This document shows, one piece after another, positions 1 to 9,813 of a DNA stretch of 64,000 nt. This stretch comes from an uncultured Clostridia bacterium (GTDB taxonomy: Bacteria > Bacillota > Clostridia > Christensenellales > UBA1242). Numbering within the stretch: position 1 is the stretch's first letter; every line of letters begins with the position of its first letter. The notes beneath the pieces were generated by a model that saw only the letters and a program-made list of their open reading frames with translations, had not been told where the DNA came from and did no database searches. The stretch lies in NCBI GenBank assembly GCA_944383415.1, contig CALWPK010000001.1, forward strand, positions 11,261-75,260, given 5' to 3'. The position numbers and the translations under genes were made by a program.

Positions 1-25
1 CTGCGATAGGGTCTAAACTTAACAT
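1..25 (-). CDS. rpsH: 30S ribosomal protein S8, first codons only (gene runs off the window start)
   Basis: Reverse complement of 1..25 reads ATG TTA AGT TTA GAC CCT ATC GCA = MLSLDPIA, the conserved S8 N-terminus. GGAG lies at 32..35. The position after rpsN matches spc operons. Confidence 0.6.
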
Positions 26-37
26 ACTTTTCTCCTT

Positions 38-223
38 TTACCAACTAGCCTTCTTAACGCCAGGGATCTCACCTTTGCTAGCCAAATTTCTAAAACAAAT
101 TCTGCAAATTCCATATTTTTTAAGTACGGCATGTGGACGACCGCAAATAGAACATCTCGTGTATTCACGAGTTGTGAACTTTTGCTTTCTTTTTTGTTTA
201 TTTACCATTGCTTTTCTTGCCAT
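38..223 (-). CDS. rpsN: 30S ribosomal protein S14, short zinc-binding type Z
   Basis: 61 aa with [21 protein letters not shown] (CxxC...CxxC) and C-terminal ...GVKKASW. Lies between rplE and rpsH. Confidence 0.95.
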   Translation of the reverse strand: MARKAMVNKQKRKQKFTTREYTRCSICGRPHAVLKKYGICRICFRNLASKGEIPGVKKASW

Positions 224-232
224 AATTCACTC

Positions 233-790
233 CTATTTACTCTTCTTGAACGGAACGCCCATCAATTTCAACAATTCTAGCGCCTCTTCGTTCGATTTTG
301 CGGTAGTTACGAATATGATATCAAATCCTCTCACTGCATCAATTTTATCGTATATGATTTCAGGGAAAATGATTTGCTCTTTCACACCAAAACTATAGTT
401 TCCACGTCCATCAAAAGATTTTGTGCTCAGTCCTTGAAAGTCTCTTACACGTGGAAGAGCGATTGAAATCAATCTATCGAAGAACTCGTACATTCTTTCT
501 CCACGAAGGGTCACTTTCGCACCGATCTTTTGTCCTTGACGAAGTTTGAAATTTGCAACTGATTTTCGCGCAGTTGTTACAACCGCCTTCTGTCCAGCGA
601 TCAAACTCAACTCTTCGACGGCGTTATTGAAACTCTTTGCGTTATCTTTTTCCTTACCAAGACGAAGACTTAAAACGATTTTGTCGAGTTTTGGTATTTC
701 CATTACATTTTTATATCCAAATTTCTCTTTCAAAGCCTTTTTAACCACTTCGTTGTAGTATGCATGACGTCTATTAATTTCTTTTTCCAT
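233..790 (-). CDS. rplE: 50S ribosomal protein L5
   Basis: 185 aa. L5 signatures ...[17 protein letters not shown]... and ...[25 protein letters not shown]... Operon position fits. Confidence 0.96.
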   Translation of the reverse strand: MEKEINRRHAYYNEVVKKALKEKFGYKNVMEIPKLDKIVLSLRLGKEKDNAKSFNNAVEELSLIAGQKAVVTTARKSVANFKLRQGQKIGAKVTLRGERMYEFFDRLISIALPRVRDFQGLSTKSFDGRGNYSFGVKEQIIFPEIIYDKIDAVRGFDIIFVTTAKSNEEALELLKLMGVPFKKSK

Positions 791-803
791 AAGTCATACT
801 CCT

Positions 804-1307
804 TTATGCTTTTTTACTGCTCTTTGCAGTCTTTTTGGTAGTTGTATTTCCTACACTTTCGCTCTTTTGAACTTTCTTTTCAGAATCTTTCTTTGCCGTT
901 TTCTTGGCGTCAATAGTTTCTGTTTTTTCAGTTTTTTGAACTTTCTTGTCAGTAGATGTTTCTACTTTTTTCGTTGTCTTCTTTGCTTTTGCAACGTCTA
1001 GAGATGCACCACATTTCTTGCAAATACGAGATTTTTCATCTCTCACAATAGAATGTGACACACGAGTTGCTTTCTTGCAAACTGGGCAGATGATTTGAAC
1101 ATTGCTAATATCAATAGCGCCTTCAGTTTTCAAAATGCCACCCTTGTCATCCTTGCTTCTTGGCTTTTTGTGATGTGCCTGAATATTGATGCCAGAGACA
1201 ATCACTCTTCCTGACTCTCTATTCACTTCCAACACTTCGCCAGTTTTGCCAGCATCTTTTCCAGCAAGTACAAGAACGTTATCGCCTTTTTTCACACTAT
1301 ACTTCAT
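804..1307 (-). CDS. rplX: 50S ribosomal protein L24 with a Cys4 knuckle and a Lys-rich C-terminal tail
   Basis: KOW N-terminus KKGDNVLVLAGKDAGKTGEVLEV. The L24 core runs to about aa 104, followed by a 63-aa K/T/S-rich tail. C74-x2-C77 and C96-x2-C99 are present. Confidence 0.9.
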   Translation of the reverse strand: MKYSVKKGDNVLVLAGKDAGKTGEVLEVNRESGRVIVSGINIQAHHKKPRSKDDKGGILKTEGAIDISNVQIICPVCKKATRVSHSIVRDEKSRICKKCGASLDVAKAKKTTKKVETSTDKKVQKTEKTETIDAKKTAKKDSEKKVQKSESVGNTTTKKTAKSSKKA

Positions 1308-1316
1308 CTCTGCCTC

Positions 1317-1685
1317 CTATAATACTTCCGGTGCTAGTGAGATGATTTGATTGAATCCCTTAGCACGAAGTTCTCTAGCAATTGGTCCAAAAACACGTGT
1401 ACCTCTTGGAGCCTTTTGCTTATCAATTATTACAGCAGCATTTTCGTCAAACTTGATTGAACTGCCATCTGGTCTTTGCACTCCCTTTTTCGAGCGAACG
1501 ATAACTGCCATAACTACGTCACCTTTTTTCACCTTTCCATCTGGATCAGCCTTTTTGACAGAAGCCACGATGATATCACCGATATTTGCGAATCGCCTCA
1601 CTGAGCCACCTAAACAACGGATACACATAATCTCTTTTGCTCCTGTATTGTCGGCAACTTTCAATCTTGATAATGGTTGTATCAT
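1317..1685 (-). CDS. rplN: 50S ribosomal protein L14
   Basis: 122 aa, [22 protein letters not shown]..., canonical L14. Confidence 0.97.
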   Translation of the reverse strand: MIQPLSRLKVADNTGAKEIMCIRCLGGSVRRFANIGDIIVASVKKADPDGKVKKGDVVMAVIVRSKKGVQRPDGSSIKFDENAAVIIDKQKAPRGTRVFGPIARELRAKGFNQIISLAPEVL

Positions 1686-1694
1686 ACCTGCCTC

Positions 1695-1955
1695 CTACTT
1701 CGCTCTTTCAACGATAGAAAGAAGTCTGAAATATTTATCTTTGCTGAGCGGACGCGTTTCTACGATCAAAACAGTGTCCCCTACGTGCGCTTCATTCTTC
1801 TCATCGTGAGCCTTATATTTTTTTGTATAAGTTGTATATTTCTTATATATTGGGTGTCTTTTCTTGCTGGTGACCAAAACAGTAATGGTCTTGTCCATTT
1901 TGTCAGAAACAACAACACCTTGAATTGTCTTGCGGTTTACATCTTTACTTTCCAT
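1695..1955 (-). CDS. rpsQ: 30S ribosomal protein S17
   Basis: 86 aa, ...[18 protein letters not shown]... S17 OB-fold signature. Operon position fits. Confidence 0.95.
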   Translation of the reverse strand: MESKDVNRKTIQGVVVSDKMDKTITVLVTSKKRHPIYKKYTTYTKKYKAHDEKNEAHVGDTVLIVETRPLSKDKYFRLLSIVERAK

Positions 1956-1958
1956 ACA

Positions 1959-2156
1959 TTACTCCTTCGTTCCAGCCATTTTTTCTTTTAGGGCAGTCTT
2001 TACCCTAGCGATGTTCTTGCGAACAATTCTGATTCTTGATGTATCAGTCAGTTGACCCACTTTGTGTTGGAAAGTTAGGTTGAACAATTCACTTCTAAGT
2101 TTGCTTTCCTCTGCTGTCAACTCCTGAATTGATAGTTCTCTATAATTATTCTTCAT
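1959..2156 (-). CDS. rpmC: 50S ribosomal protein L29
   Basis: ...[14 protein letters not shown]... ATG at 2156 ([13 protein letters not shown]) aligns with typical L29 N-termini; the ORF-track GTG at 2165 is an alternative. Overlaps the rplP 3' end. Confidence 0.9.
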   Translation of the reverse strand: MKNNYRELSIQELTAEESKLRSELFNLTFQHKVGQLTDTSRIRIVRKNIARVKTALKEKMAGTKE

Positions 2157-2577
2157 TGTTTTCACCGCCTTTTTCCTTATAGACTACTCTAGTCTTGCAA
2201 GGAAGTTTATGTGAAGCGAGCCTAAGCGCCTCTAAACAAACTTCTTCGCTAGGACCGCTCACTTCAATGATCACTCTGTCACGTTTCACCACTGCTACGT
2301 GACCGATCTGTGCACCCTTACCGCTACCCATACGAGTATCTGCAGGTTTTTTAGTAATAGGTTTGTCTGGGAAAACTTTTATCCAAAGTTTACCGCCACG
2401 TTTCATATATCTATTAATAGCAACACGTGCTGCCTCTAGTTGGTTAGGTGTGATCCAACAAGGTTCAGTGGCTTGAAGACCATAATCTCCATAGGTTACT
2501 TTGCTACCACGAATGGCACGACCGGTCATACGACCACGGTGTTGCTTTCTTCTCTTTTCTCTCTTAGGCATCAACAT
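2146..2577 (-). CDS. rplP: 50S ribosomal protein L16
   Basis: 143 aa, [17 protein letters not shown]..., canonical L16 N-terminus. Confidence 0.97.
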   Translation of the reverse strand: MLMPKREKRRKQHRGRMTGRAIRGSKVTYGDYGLQATEPCWITPNQLEAARVAINRYMKRGGKLWIKVFPDKPITKKPADTRMGSGKGAQIGHVAVVKRDRVIIEVSGPSEEVCLEALRLASHKLPCKTRVVYKEKGGENNEE

Positions 2578-2578
2578 A

Positions 2579-3253
2579 TTAGTTTTCTCCTTTCTTGTGA
2601 TTTACTGAACTCTGAGAAACTTTACCCAAAATCTCACCCTTATAGATCCACACTTTCACACCGATCACACCGAATGTAGTGTGAGCTTCTGTGATAGCAT
2701 AGTCAATATTTGCTCTAAGAGTGTGTAATGGAAGTGAACCCTCGTGGTAGTGCTCACTACGCGCAATTTCTGCTCCGTCTAGTCTGCCAGACACCATGAT
2801 CTTGACACCGACAGCACCTGCTCTCATCACTCTTTGCATAGCAGATTTCATAACGCGTCTGAATTGAGCACGTTTTTCAAGTTGACTAGCGATTGACTCT
2901 GCCACCAACTTTGCATCTAAGTCTGGATTTTTCTGTTCAACGATATTTACGTTGACTTTCTTTGCGTCGGTCAATTTTTCAACATTTTTCTTGAGAGTCT
3001 CCACTCCTGCACCCTTTTGACCAATCAAAATTCCCGGTTTTGCCGTAGTGATAGTCACAGTGATTGAATCGTTCGTCCTTTCAATCAAAACATTGGAAAT
3101 TGCACAACTTTTATATTCTTTAAGGATATAGTTACGGATTACGTTATCTTCCTTAATGTTTTTTGCTATATTTTTCTTGTCTGTGTACCAAAAAGAATTC
3201 CAAGTCTTGTTGATACCTATTCTCATTCCATTCGGATTAACTTTTTGTCCCAT
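2579..3253 (-). CDS. rpsC: 30S ribosomal protein S3
   Basis: 224 aa, [18 protein letters not shown]... followed by a KH domain. Confidence 0.97.
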   Translation of the reverse strand: MGQKVNPNGMRIGINKTWNSFWYTDKKNIAKNIKEDNVIRNYILKEYKSCAISNVLIERTNDSITVTITTAKPGILIGQKGAGVETLKKNVEKLTDAKKVNVNIVEQKNPDLDAKLVAESIASQLEKRAQFRRVMKSAMQRVMRAGAVGVKIMVSGRLDGAEIARSEHYHEGSLPLHTLRANIDYAITEAHTTFGVIGVKVWIYKGEILGKVSQSSVNHKKGEN

Positions 3254-3257
3254 ACTT

Positions 3258-3650
3258 CTACTCCTTTACATCTAGCACAACTTTAATGTGACTAGTTCTT
3301 GTGACAATTCTATCAGCGCCGTGTGCTTTACCACGGAAATAAACTTTATTTACTCGTGTAGGACCTGCACCCAAGATAACTTCTGCCAACTTCAAATCGT
3401 GAACGTTGAGTCCCTTGTTGTGTTCAGCATTAGCACCAGCAGATTTCACCACTTTCAGCAAAATTGCTGCTGCGTCCTGTGGCATATTCGAAAGTATAGC
3501 CACTGCATCATCATAACTCTTACCACGTACTGTGTCGATAACGATCTTTGCCTTTGTAGGAGAAAGACGCACGTGACGAACACTAGCATACGGACGAGTG
3601 TCTTTGATCGCTTTGATTTTTTCTGTTTTTTCTCTAATTCTCTTTGCCAT
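3258..3650 (-). CDS. rplV: 50S ribosomal protein L22
   Basis: 130 aa with L22 core ...AKIVIDTVRGKSYDDAVAIL... Operon position fits. Confidence 0.95.
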   Translation of the reverse strand: MAKRIREKTEKIKAIKDTRPYASVRHVRLSPTKAKIVIDTVRGKSYDDAVAILSNMPQDAAAILLKVVKSAGANAEHNKGLNVHDLKLAEVILGAGPTRVNKVYFRGKAHGADRIVTRTSHIKVVLDVKE

Positions 3651-3659
3651 AGTTCACTC

Positions 3660-3938
3660 CTACTTTTTACCTTTTGCATCTTTTTGCTTGTGTCCTTTGA
3701 AGGTACGAGTTGGAGCGAATTCTCCCAACTTGTGCCCTACCATATCCACAGTGCAATATACAGGTATATGTTTTTTGCCATTGTGCACAGCAATTGTATG
3801 TCCTACGAATTCTGGATAGATTGTGCTTGAACGTGACCAGGTTTTGATTGCCTTTTTCTCGTTCTTTTCATTCATTTCGTTAATTCGTTTCATCAATTTT
3901 TCTTCCACAAATGGTTTTTTCTTCAAACTTCTACTCAT
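3660..3938 (-). CDS. rpsS: 30S ribosomal protein S19
   Basis: 92 aa, ...[15 protein letters not shown]...[16 protein letters not shown]. Confidence 0.97.
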   Translation of the reverse strand: MSRSLKKKPFVEEKLMKRINEMNEKNEKKAIKTWSRSSTIYPEFVGHTIAVHNGKKHIPVYCTVDMVGHKLGEFAPTRTFKGHKQKDAKGKK

Positions 3939-3947
3939 AAACTACTC

Positions 3948-4784
3948 CTACTTAGTCTTGGCTCTCTTGACAATCAATTTGTCGCTAGCCTTTTTGTGTT
4001 TTCTAGTCTTGTATCCAAGCGCTGGTTTACCCCAAGGAGTGACAGGACCTGCGTGTCCGACTGGAGACTTGCCCTCACCACCGCCGTGTGGGTGATCCAC
4101 TGGGTTCATAGCAGAACCACGAACGGATGGGCGAATTCCTAGATGACGTTTACGTCCAGCCTTACCCAAAGACACGATTTCATTTTCTTCATTGCCAATC
4201 GTACCGATTGTAGCACGACATACTGCAAGCACTTTCCTCATTTCGCCAGAAGGCAAACGCAAAGTCGCATAAGCACCTTCTTTCGCCATAAGTTGAGCAG
4301 ACATTCCTGCACTTCTCGCCATCTGTCCACCTTTACCAGGCTGTAATTCTATATTATGAACAATAGCACCTAGCGGAATATCTTTCAATTCAAGTGCATT
4401 ACCCGGCTTGATTTCAGCGCCAGCACCGCTCATCACCTTATCTCCAACGTTAAGTCCTTTTGGAGCAAGGATAAATCTCTTTTCACCATCAGCATACGTG
4501 ATCAATGCGATATATGCTGTTCTATTTGGGTCGTATTGAATGCTTTCTACTTTTGCTACAATTCCATCCTTATTGCGTTTGAAATCGATCTTTCTATATT
4601 TACGCCTATTAGCACCACCGATGTTACGAACGGTTATTTTACCTTGAGCATTACGACCGCCAGTCTTCTTCACTTCTGTCAGCAATGACTTTGGAACCTC
4701 AGCATCTTTTGTCAATTCGCTGTATGTCTTGTAGGTTTTGAATCTACTGCCAGCAGAGGTAGGTTTTATCTTTCTTATAGCCAT
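3948..4784 (-). CDS. rplB: 50S ribosomal protein L2
   Basis: 278 aa, ...[32 protein letters not shown]... Confidence 0.97.
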   Translation of the reverse strand: MAIRKIKPTSAGSRFKTYKTYSELTKDAEVPKSLLTEVKKTGGRNAQGKITVRNIGGANRRKYRKIDFKRNKDGIVAKVESIQYDPNRTAYIALITYADGEKRFILAPKGLNVGDKVMSGAGAEIKPGNALELKDIPLGAIVHNIELQPGKGGQMARSAGMSAQLMAKEGAYATLRLPSGEMRKVLAVCRATIGTIGNEENEIVSLGKAGRKRHLGIRPSVRGSAMNPVDHPHGGGEGKSPVGHAGPVTPWGKPALGYKTRKHKKASDKLIVKRAKTK

Positions 4785-4796
4785 AGTCTACTCCTT

Positions 4797-5099
4797 TTAG
4801 TTCAAACTCTCGAAGAATGCGATAGCCTTTGATTCAGGTTTTAGGAAAACAATTGCTTTCTTATAATCGCTCGTTCGACCAGTCACTCGACCTTGTTTTG
4901 TATTTCTTGATTTTTCTTTTCCTGAACAGTTGACCGTGTTCACACGCGCCACTTGCACTTCAAACAACTCTTCAACTGCTTTCTTTATCTCTACTTTGTT
5001 TGCATTTACATTCACTTTGAATGTATAAACTTTGTTTGGGAAGCCTGCGTACGACTTTTCAGTCATAATAGGCTCCAAGATAATTTCTTGCGCTTTCAT
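4797..5099 (-). CDS. rplW: 50S ribosomal protein L23
   Basis: 100 aa, ...MTEKSYAG...YTFKVNVNANKVEIKKAVEELF... Confidence 0.95.
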   Translation of the reverse strand: MKAQEIILEPIMTEKSYAGFPNKVYTFKVNVNANKVEIKKAVEELFEVQVARVNTVNCSGKEKSRNTKQGRVTGRTSDYKKAIVFLKPESKAIAFFESLN

Positions 5100-5722
5100 T
5101 ATACGTATGCCTCCTCTAATTTCTTAATAGCATCCTTTGTGAACACAAGATATGTGTTTTCAACGACTTGTGCCACATTCAGTAGCATAACATCTTCGCA
5201 ACTAACCTTTTGGATATTGCCAGTTGCTCTCATTACTCCCTCATCCTTACCATTTGTGAGGATCATAGTGCGTTTATTTAGTCCAAAGGTCTTCAAGAAT
5301 TCACTAGCACTTTTAGTTTTGTTGTCAGCAAATTTTACTTCATCTAAAATGAACACTTCATTTTGTCTAATTTTTTGTGATAATGCAGATGAAAATGCTA
5401 TATCTCTCATTTTCTTATTAATCTTTTGACTAAAATCGCGTGGCTTTGGAGCGAATACCACACCGCCACCATCGAATTGTGGAGCACTTCGTTCATCATG
5501 ACGAGCGCCACCAGTACCCTTTTGCCTATACATCTTTTTCTTACTAGCGTTCACTTCGCTACGAGTAAGAGTAGATTTTGTCCCCTGTCTAGCGTTGTTG
5601 TGCAATGCCACCACCACTTGATGAACAAGTGGCTCATTATAGTCTGCATCGAACACTAAATCGTTCAGACTAATATCGCCAACCGCCTCTTTCTTCATAT
5701 TATAAACTTTTAGTTTCGCCAT
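5099..5722 (-). CDS. rplD: 50S ribosomal protein L4
   Basis: 207 aa, ...YRQKGTGGARHD... Shares 1 nt with the rplW start. Confidence 0.96.
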   Translation of the reverse strand: MAKLKVYNMKKEAVGDISLNDLVFDADYNEPLVHQVVVALHNNARQGTKSTLTRSEVNASKKKMYRQKGTGGARHDERSAPQFDGGGVVFAPKPRDFSQKINKKMRDIAFSSALSQKIRQNEVFILDEVKFADNKTKSASEFLKTFGLNKRTMILTNGKDEGVMRATGNIQKVSCEDVMLLNVAQVVENTYLVFTKDAIKKLEEAYV

Positions 5723-5733
5723 AGTTTACTCCT

Positions 5734-6366
5734 TTAAGCCTTCACTGCAGACTTGATAGTGACAATTGACTTTTTAGGTCCAGGAATGGCACCTTTTATT
5801 AAAATCAAATTCCTATCAGCATCTACACGCACAACTTTAAGATTTTGCACCGTCACGGCTTCGCTACCGTAATGTCCAGGCATCTTTTTACCTTTGAATA
5901 CACGACTAGGTGTTGAGTTTGCACCCATTGAACCCACTTCTCTATGAACAGGTCCTACACCGTGAGTCATCTTCAATCTCTGTTGATTCCAACGTTTGAT
6001 AACACCAGTGAATCCGTGTCCTTTCGTGATGCCAGACACGTCTACTAGGTCACCTTCGCTGAACATATCCGCCTTGATCTCTTGACCAAGACTAAATTTT
6101 GATATGTCATCATATTTAAACTCTTTCATCACACGTTTTGGCTCAACTCCAGCCTTCTTGAATGCGCCAGTCTGTGCCTTGTTCACATTCTTTGCCTTGA
6201 TATCGCCGAATGCTACCTGCACTGAATTGTAGCCGTCTGTATCCGTCGTTTTGATCTGAGTCACATAGCAAGGACCTGCTTCAATCACTGTCACAGGCTC
6301 TACTCTTCCGTCATCAGTAAACACTTGTGTCATACCGATCTTTCTACCAATAATCGCTTTTTCCAC
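5734..6366 (-). CDS. rplC: 50S ribosomal protein L3
   Basis: 210 aa. GTG start after AAGGAGGG. Motifs ...[10 protein letters not shown]... and ...[12 protein letters not shown]... Confidence 0.96.
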   Translation of the reverse strand: MEKAIIGRKIGMTQVFTDDGRVEPVTVIEAGPCYVTQIKTTDTDGYNSVQVAFGDIKAKNVNKAQTGAFKKAGVEPKRVMKEFKYDDISKFSLGQEIKADMFSEGDLVDVSGITKGHGFTGVIKRWNQQRLKMTHGVGPVHREVGSMGANSTPSRVFKGKKMPGHYGSEAVTVQNLKVVRVDADRNLILIKGAIPGPKKSIVTIKSAVKA

Positions 6367-6376
6367 AGTTCCCTCC

Positions 6377-6685
6377 TTATAATTCTACCTTAATATCTAC
6401 GCCCGCAGGAACATTCATCTTCAGTAATGTATCTACTGCTTTTGCGTTAGGTGCGAACACGTCAATCAATCTAAAGTGAGTGCGAGACTCAAACTGTTCG
6501 CGTGAATCTTTGTATTTGTGCGTAGCACGAATGATTGTCACCACTTCCTTCTTCGTAGGTAGTGGAACAGGTCCAGACACTTTGCATCCGGACTTTGTGG
6601 CAGTGTCAAGAATCCTTGATACCACATTCTCTAGCAAACCTGTATCATAAGATGCAAGTTTGATTCTAAGTTTTGTTGTTGCCAT
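6377..6685 (-). CDS. rpsJ: 30S ribosomal protein S10
   Basis: ATG at 6685 ([14 protein letters not shown]...) follows AAAAGGAGAAG. The longer ORF-track start at 6715 lacks support. Confidence 0.95.
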   Translation of the reverse strand: MATTKLRIKLASYDTGLLENVVSRILDTATKSGCKVSGPVPLPTKKEVVTIIRATHKYKDSREQFESRTHFRLIDVFAPNAKAVDTLLKMNVPAGVDIKVEL

Positions 6686-7033
6686 TTTTCTTCTCCTTTT
6701 ATTTATTGTCAACACTGAACCGACCTTCTTTACTCATATTGCCCCTAGCATTACACTTTGACCTTACAACAATTCATTAGTCACAATTATAAATCTATTC
6801 CGAATTTTAGATTGACTAAGGTATTGTCATAAATAGCCGTAGTAGTGTCTTGCGGTAGTTTGATTGCTCACTTGCACGCGTTTACACTATGCCGGGTGTA
6901 AAGTGCTGATCTTCAAAAATAAATTGGGATAAACCCACATTTTCTATCGGCGTCTCACTAGACTAGGTCAACATAAATTCCCATCTGTCGCTTGCTAACA
7001 AATGCAACCTTATGCGTCAAACCATTAATCAGC
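6686..7033 (-). promoter_or_regulatory. Putative ~345-nt 5' leader of the S10 operon with internal structure
   Basis: This is the distance from the only canonical promoter (7040..7068) to the rpsJ ATG. It holds no ORF. It contains a strong nested stem: gcac 6874..6877 pairs with gtgc 6903..6906, and tttacac 6881..6887 pairs with gtgtaaa 6896..6902. Confidence 0.4.
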
Positions 7034-7039
7034 ATTGTT

Positions 7040-7068
7040 ATTCTACCAAAGAAATATGTGATTGTCAA
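7040..7068 (-). promoter_or_regulatory. Sigma-A type promoter of the S10-spc operon
   Basis: Minus strand reads TTGACA (7068..7063), a 17-nt spacer, then TGG-TAGAAT (-10 at 7045..7040). Confidence 0.7.
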
Positions 7069-7216
7069 CCCTTTTTCATAACTTTTTTTACTTTTTGACT
7101 GACTTTCTCAAGATGCAGATTTCCTTCATTTCTTTTCGGATATGGATATAAGGCGCGGAGACCAACTCGAGAGCGATTTTCGATTGGAAGAAGTTGCGTT
7201 TTTGAAAAATAAAAAG

Positions 7217-7256
7217 TCCTAGAATCAATCAGAGCACCAAACTCTGAATTCTAGGA
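7217..7256. terminator. Orphan long hairpin between divergent promoters, terminator-like
   Basis: tcctagaat(caa)tcagag - caccaaa - ctctga attctagga gives 15 bp with a 3-nt bulge. An A-run lies on the left (7205..7215) and TTTT on the right. The T-run is better on the minus strand (CTTTTTATTTTTC). Confidence 0.4.
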
Positions 7257-7392
7257 TTTTCATATTAGTATAATACATAATGTTTGAAGAAGTGGCAATG
7301 GTTTTTAGAAAAAATTTACCCAAAGAGCGTCAAATGCATCTGTATATAGAGGATTTCTTCAATCAAATGCTTATCATAATTAATTTTCAATC

Positions 7393-7421
7393 TTGACAGG
7401 GTGGGTATTGTATGTTAGACT
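7393..7421 (+). promoter_or_regulatory. Sigma-A type promoter for the 7448 gene
   Basis: TTGACA (7393..7398), 17 nt, TGT-TAGACT (7416..7421). Confidence 0.6.
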
Positions 7422-7447
7422 ATGGATGATTGAATACGGGAGGAAAT

Positions 7448-8347
7448 ATGAGCAATTTGATCACACAACTTACAGCAAAACTGGAGAAATTGGGCGAAGA
7501 GATAGACACTCAGAAAGTAGGTGTCTATCGCCTTCAGCGAGAAATGCAGGAAAAGAAAAGAGAACTGAGATCTCTTCTCTACGAGTGGTCTAATGAGAAG
7601 AAGAAAAGTCTGCCTAATGAGCAAAAATATAATGCTATGGCAAATGAACTGCTAGAAGGCACCCCTATCAGCATAGGCGAACTGATGGATGGGCTGAAAA
7701 ACGCGTTGAATTGCGATGGCATAGACTATGTCGTCAGTCTGACGCGTCAAGACAACTACCCCTATTATCGTGAAGGAGAAGAGCAACGAAAATTTGATTA
7801 TTATAAAATGTGGCAATCGAACAATAATGACGACCGTTTCACAATAACGACAGCCAAAGACTCTATCTCTTGGCTCAAAAAGGATGTGGCTAGCAAAAAA
7901 TTTAGGGAAGAATATTTCCTAGACCACTCCGAGCGAAGTATCCGACTAGATATCTATTCCGGAGACAAGACTCTTGGCTATATCAACCTGCCACTTAATA
8001 GCAAATATACATTCAATGATGGTAGCACAATGACTGACCATATCGAAACGGACGGTGAAAAATGTAATTGTTACTCCAATGCGTTTGATCCTTTCAGATT
8101 TGGATATATTATGCAAACTATATATCTTGCTGTTAAATATTATTTGCCAAAGGATAGAATGAACTGCCTAGATGGTATGATGATCACTATCCCTGATATC
8201 ACTAGCAAAGATATACTCATCTCGCCAGATTTTGACAATAGGAAGAGGAATCACAAGCCAATGCAGTATGAGGATGTCAAACTCTTGATTCGAGCAATGT
8301 CCACTACCCTGAGCGCTAGAGGCGAAAAGACTGACAATATAGACTGA
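7448..8347 (+). CDS. Hypothetical protein (~300 aa): N-terminal coiled coil plus an unknown C-terminal domain
   Basis: ATG 7448 lies 5 nt after GGGAGG (the ORF-track start 7430 lacks an SD). The long ORF is coding-like. I recognise no motif. Confidence 0.7.
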   Translation: MSNLITQLTAKLEKLGEEIDTQKVGVYRLQREMQEKKRELRSLLYEWSNEKKKSLPNEQKYNAMANELLEGTPISIGELMDGLKNALNCDGIDYVVSLTRQDNYPYYREGEEQRKFDYYKMWQSNNNDDRFTITTAKDSISWLKKDVASKKFREEYFLDHSERSIRLDIYSGDKTLGYINLPLNSKYTFNDGSTMTDHIETDGEKCNCYSNAFDPFRFGYIMQTIYLAVKYYLPKDRMNCLDGMMITIPDITSKDILISPDFDNRKRNHKPMQYEDVKLLIRAMSTTLSARGEKTDNID

Positions 8348-8710
8348 CGAGAATATCCTAAGGTCGAGATCTATTTTCTATTAGATATACCAAGAATTTT
8401 GTATCTTTTGAGCATATTTGAGATAGATATTTTATGTTCCTATGCTCTAGCGCTGATATCTCTTCTATTGAGCAAAGATATTTCATATATAATAGTCGTA
8501 ATGATAATGATACTTTCTCTAGCCGTACGATGCGTCAACTCGTCTAAACGCCATATCTATTCTAAATTCAAGCATTGCAATACGAATATCCTTAAGGATT
8601 TCATAGAAAACTCGCGTCATAGATTGTATGAAAGGATATATAATACTATATGTGTTTATGGTCATAGTGCAACTAAATGCGTTTTAGGACTTTACTCAAC
8701 CGAAAATTTT

Positions 8711-8719
8711 TGATATACT
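8711..8719 (+). promoter_or_regulatory. Extended -10 element (TGaTATACT) 6 nt upstream of the RNHCP ATG; a leaderless-type arrangement
   Basis: TG at 8711..8712, TATACT at 8714..8719, ATG at 8726. No Shine-Dalgarno in between. Confidence 0.45.
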
Positions 8720-8725
8720 GAGATT

Positions 8726-9067
8726 ATGAAACAATTTGAGAAGAATGATTCGGGGTTCGTCTGTGTCTGGTGCAAAAGATCTGTGCCAGCACTAAGATAC
8801 TCTTCGCGAGATCACTGCACGAACTGTCTTGCCTCGCTTCACGTAGACATCAATCCTGGAGATAGAATGAATACTTGTGGAGGAATACTTTTCCCCCAAG
8901 ATGTCACAGTTAGTGGGAAAAAGGGATATATAATACAATATAAGTGTAGCAAATGTGGAAAACTGCACAACAACAAATCGGCAGAGGATGACAATTACTC
9001 CACCATACTGAAAGTGATGAACAAGACATACAGTCCGATGAACTACAAAGCGCACGATGACAAATAA
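8726..9067 (+). CDS. RNHCP-domain zinc-ribbon protein
   Basis: 113 aa. F-V-C-x2-C ... SSRDHCTNCLASLHVDINPGDRMNTCGGILFP ... YKCSKCGKLH...AEDDN matches the RNHCP family pattern (RNHCPxCLxSxHxDxxPGDR...CxGxMxP...CxxCG). The core here is the variant RDHCT. Confidence 0.8.
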   Translation: MKQFEKNDSGFVCVWCKRSVPALRYSSRDHCTNCLASLHVDINPGDRMNTCGGILFPQDVTVSGKKGYIIQYKCSKCGKLHNNKSAEDDNYSTILKVMNKTYSPMNYKAHDDK

Positions 9068-9264
9068 TTGTAATTAAAATGAAAACAGCATCATATATTA
9101 ATAAATAATGAAGTTATTGAATGAAAATGATTATCAGTAGATTTTTGTGAATTTATAGACAACGAACAATCGAATTGCAAATCACTATCAAAATTCGCTA
9201 AATACTATAACTTGTCATAAATACACACATTATCTCAAAAATTAAAAAATTTTTAAAAATGGTA

Positions 9265-9293
9265 TTTACAAATATAGAATAATGTGTTAAAAT
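9265..9293 (+). promoter_or_regulatory. Sigma-A type promoter for the 9334 gene
   Basis: TTTACA (9265..9270), 17 nt, TGT-TAAAAT (9288..9293). Confidence 0.55.
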
Positions 9294-9333
9294 CAAGATG
9301 ATTAAAGATTTTTATCAATATAAGGAGTAGATT

Positions 9334-9813
9334 ATGCCAAATACAAATAATATCGAAAATGCAGATTATCATTTCAATAGGGAAAATTCAGCAACGGCAA
9401 AAAGGCTATCTGAAATGTCGGATAGACAATTATTCAATAGATATTTCTTGCCTACCAATGACAACTCTTGGACTCCAAGAGATGAGGCTATGAAAGCATT
9501 GTCTATCAAGATCCCAAATTCTCCAAGATTTAAGTGCGAAAAAGTAAGGTCTTTGAGTGGTCCACCTTTAGACTATTTTGTGGCTGGTCTCAATATCGAT
9601 CTTATGGGCTGGGTTCCAGATGGATACAAATTCAATTTGGCAAACATTATGGAAGATTTTGAACTAATATTGGGTGAAAATTGGGAACACGCACGCACTG
9701 TGGCTAGGACAAAGACGACGGATATATTCATCGAAGAAGTACTACGATTCATCGAAGAGCACATTCAATTGGGTATTGATCATATCGTAGGAAGCACTTT
9801 TGAACAACAATAA
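9334..9813 (+). CDS. Hypothetical protein (159 aa)
   Basis: AGGAG SD 7 nt upstream of the ATG. Its own promoter and terminator flank it. No recognisable motif. Confidence 0.75.
   Translation: MPNTNNIENADYHFNRENSATAKRLSEMSDRQLFNRYFLPTNDNSWTPRDEAMKALSIKIPNSPRFKCEKVRSLSGPPLDYFVAGLNIDLMGWVPDGYKFNLANIMEDFELILGENWEHARTVARTKTTDIFIEEVLRFIEEHIQLGIDHIVGSTFEQQ

Noticed and set aside
7216-7256. AAGTCCTAGAAT resembles the XerC arm of the Bacillus dif site (ACTTCCTAGAAT...)
   Set aside because: The inverted partner arm is 22 nt away instead of 6-8. No XerD-arm-like TATGTAAACT is present. Gene orientation does not switch here. It is more simply a hairpin.
8399-8713. 104-aa ORF with a TTG start between the 300-aa gene and the RNHCP gene
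   Set aside because: It has a non-ATG start without an SD and a hydrophobic/AT-biased composition. It would overrun the -10 box of the next gene. I cannot support it as a gene, so the region is treated as non-coding, possibly a decayed remnant.
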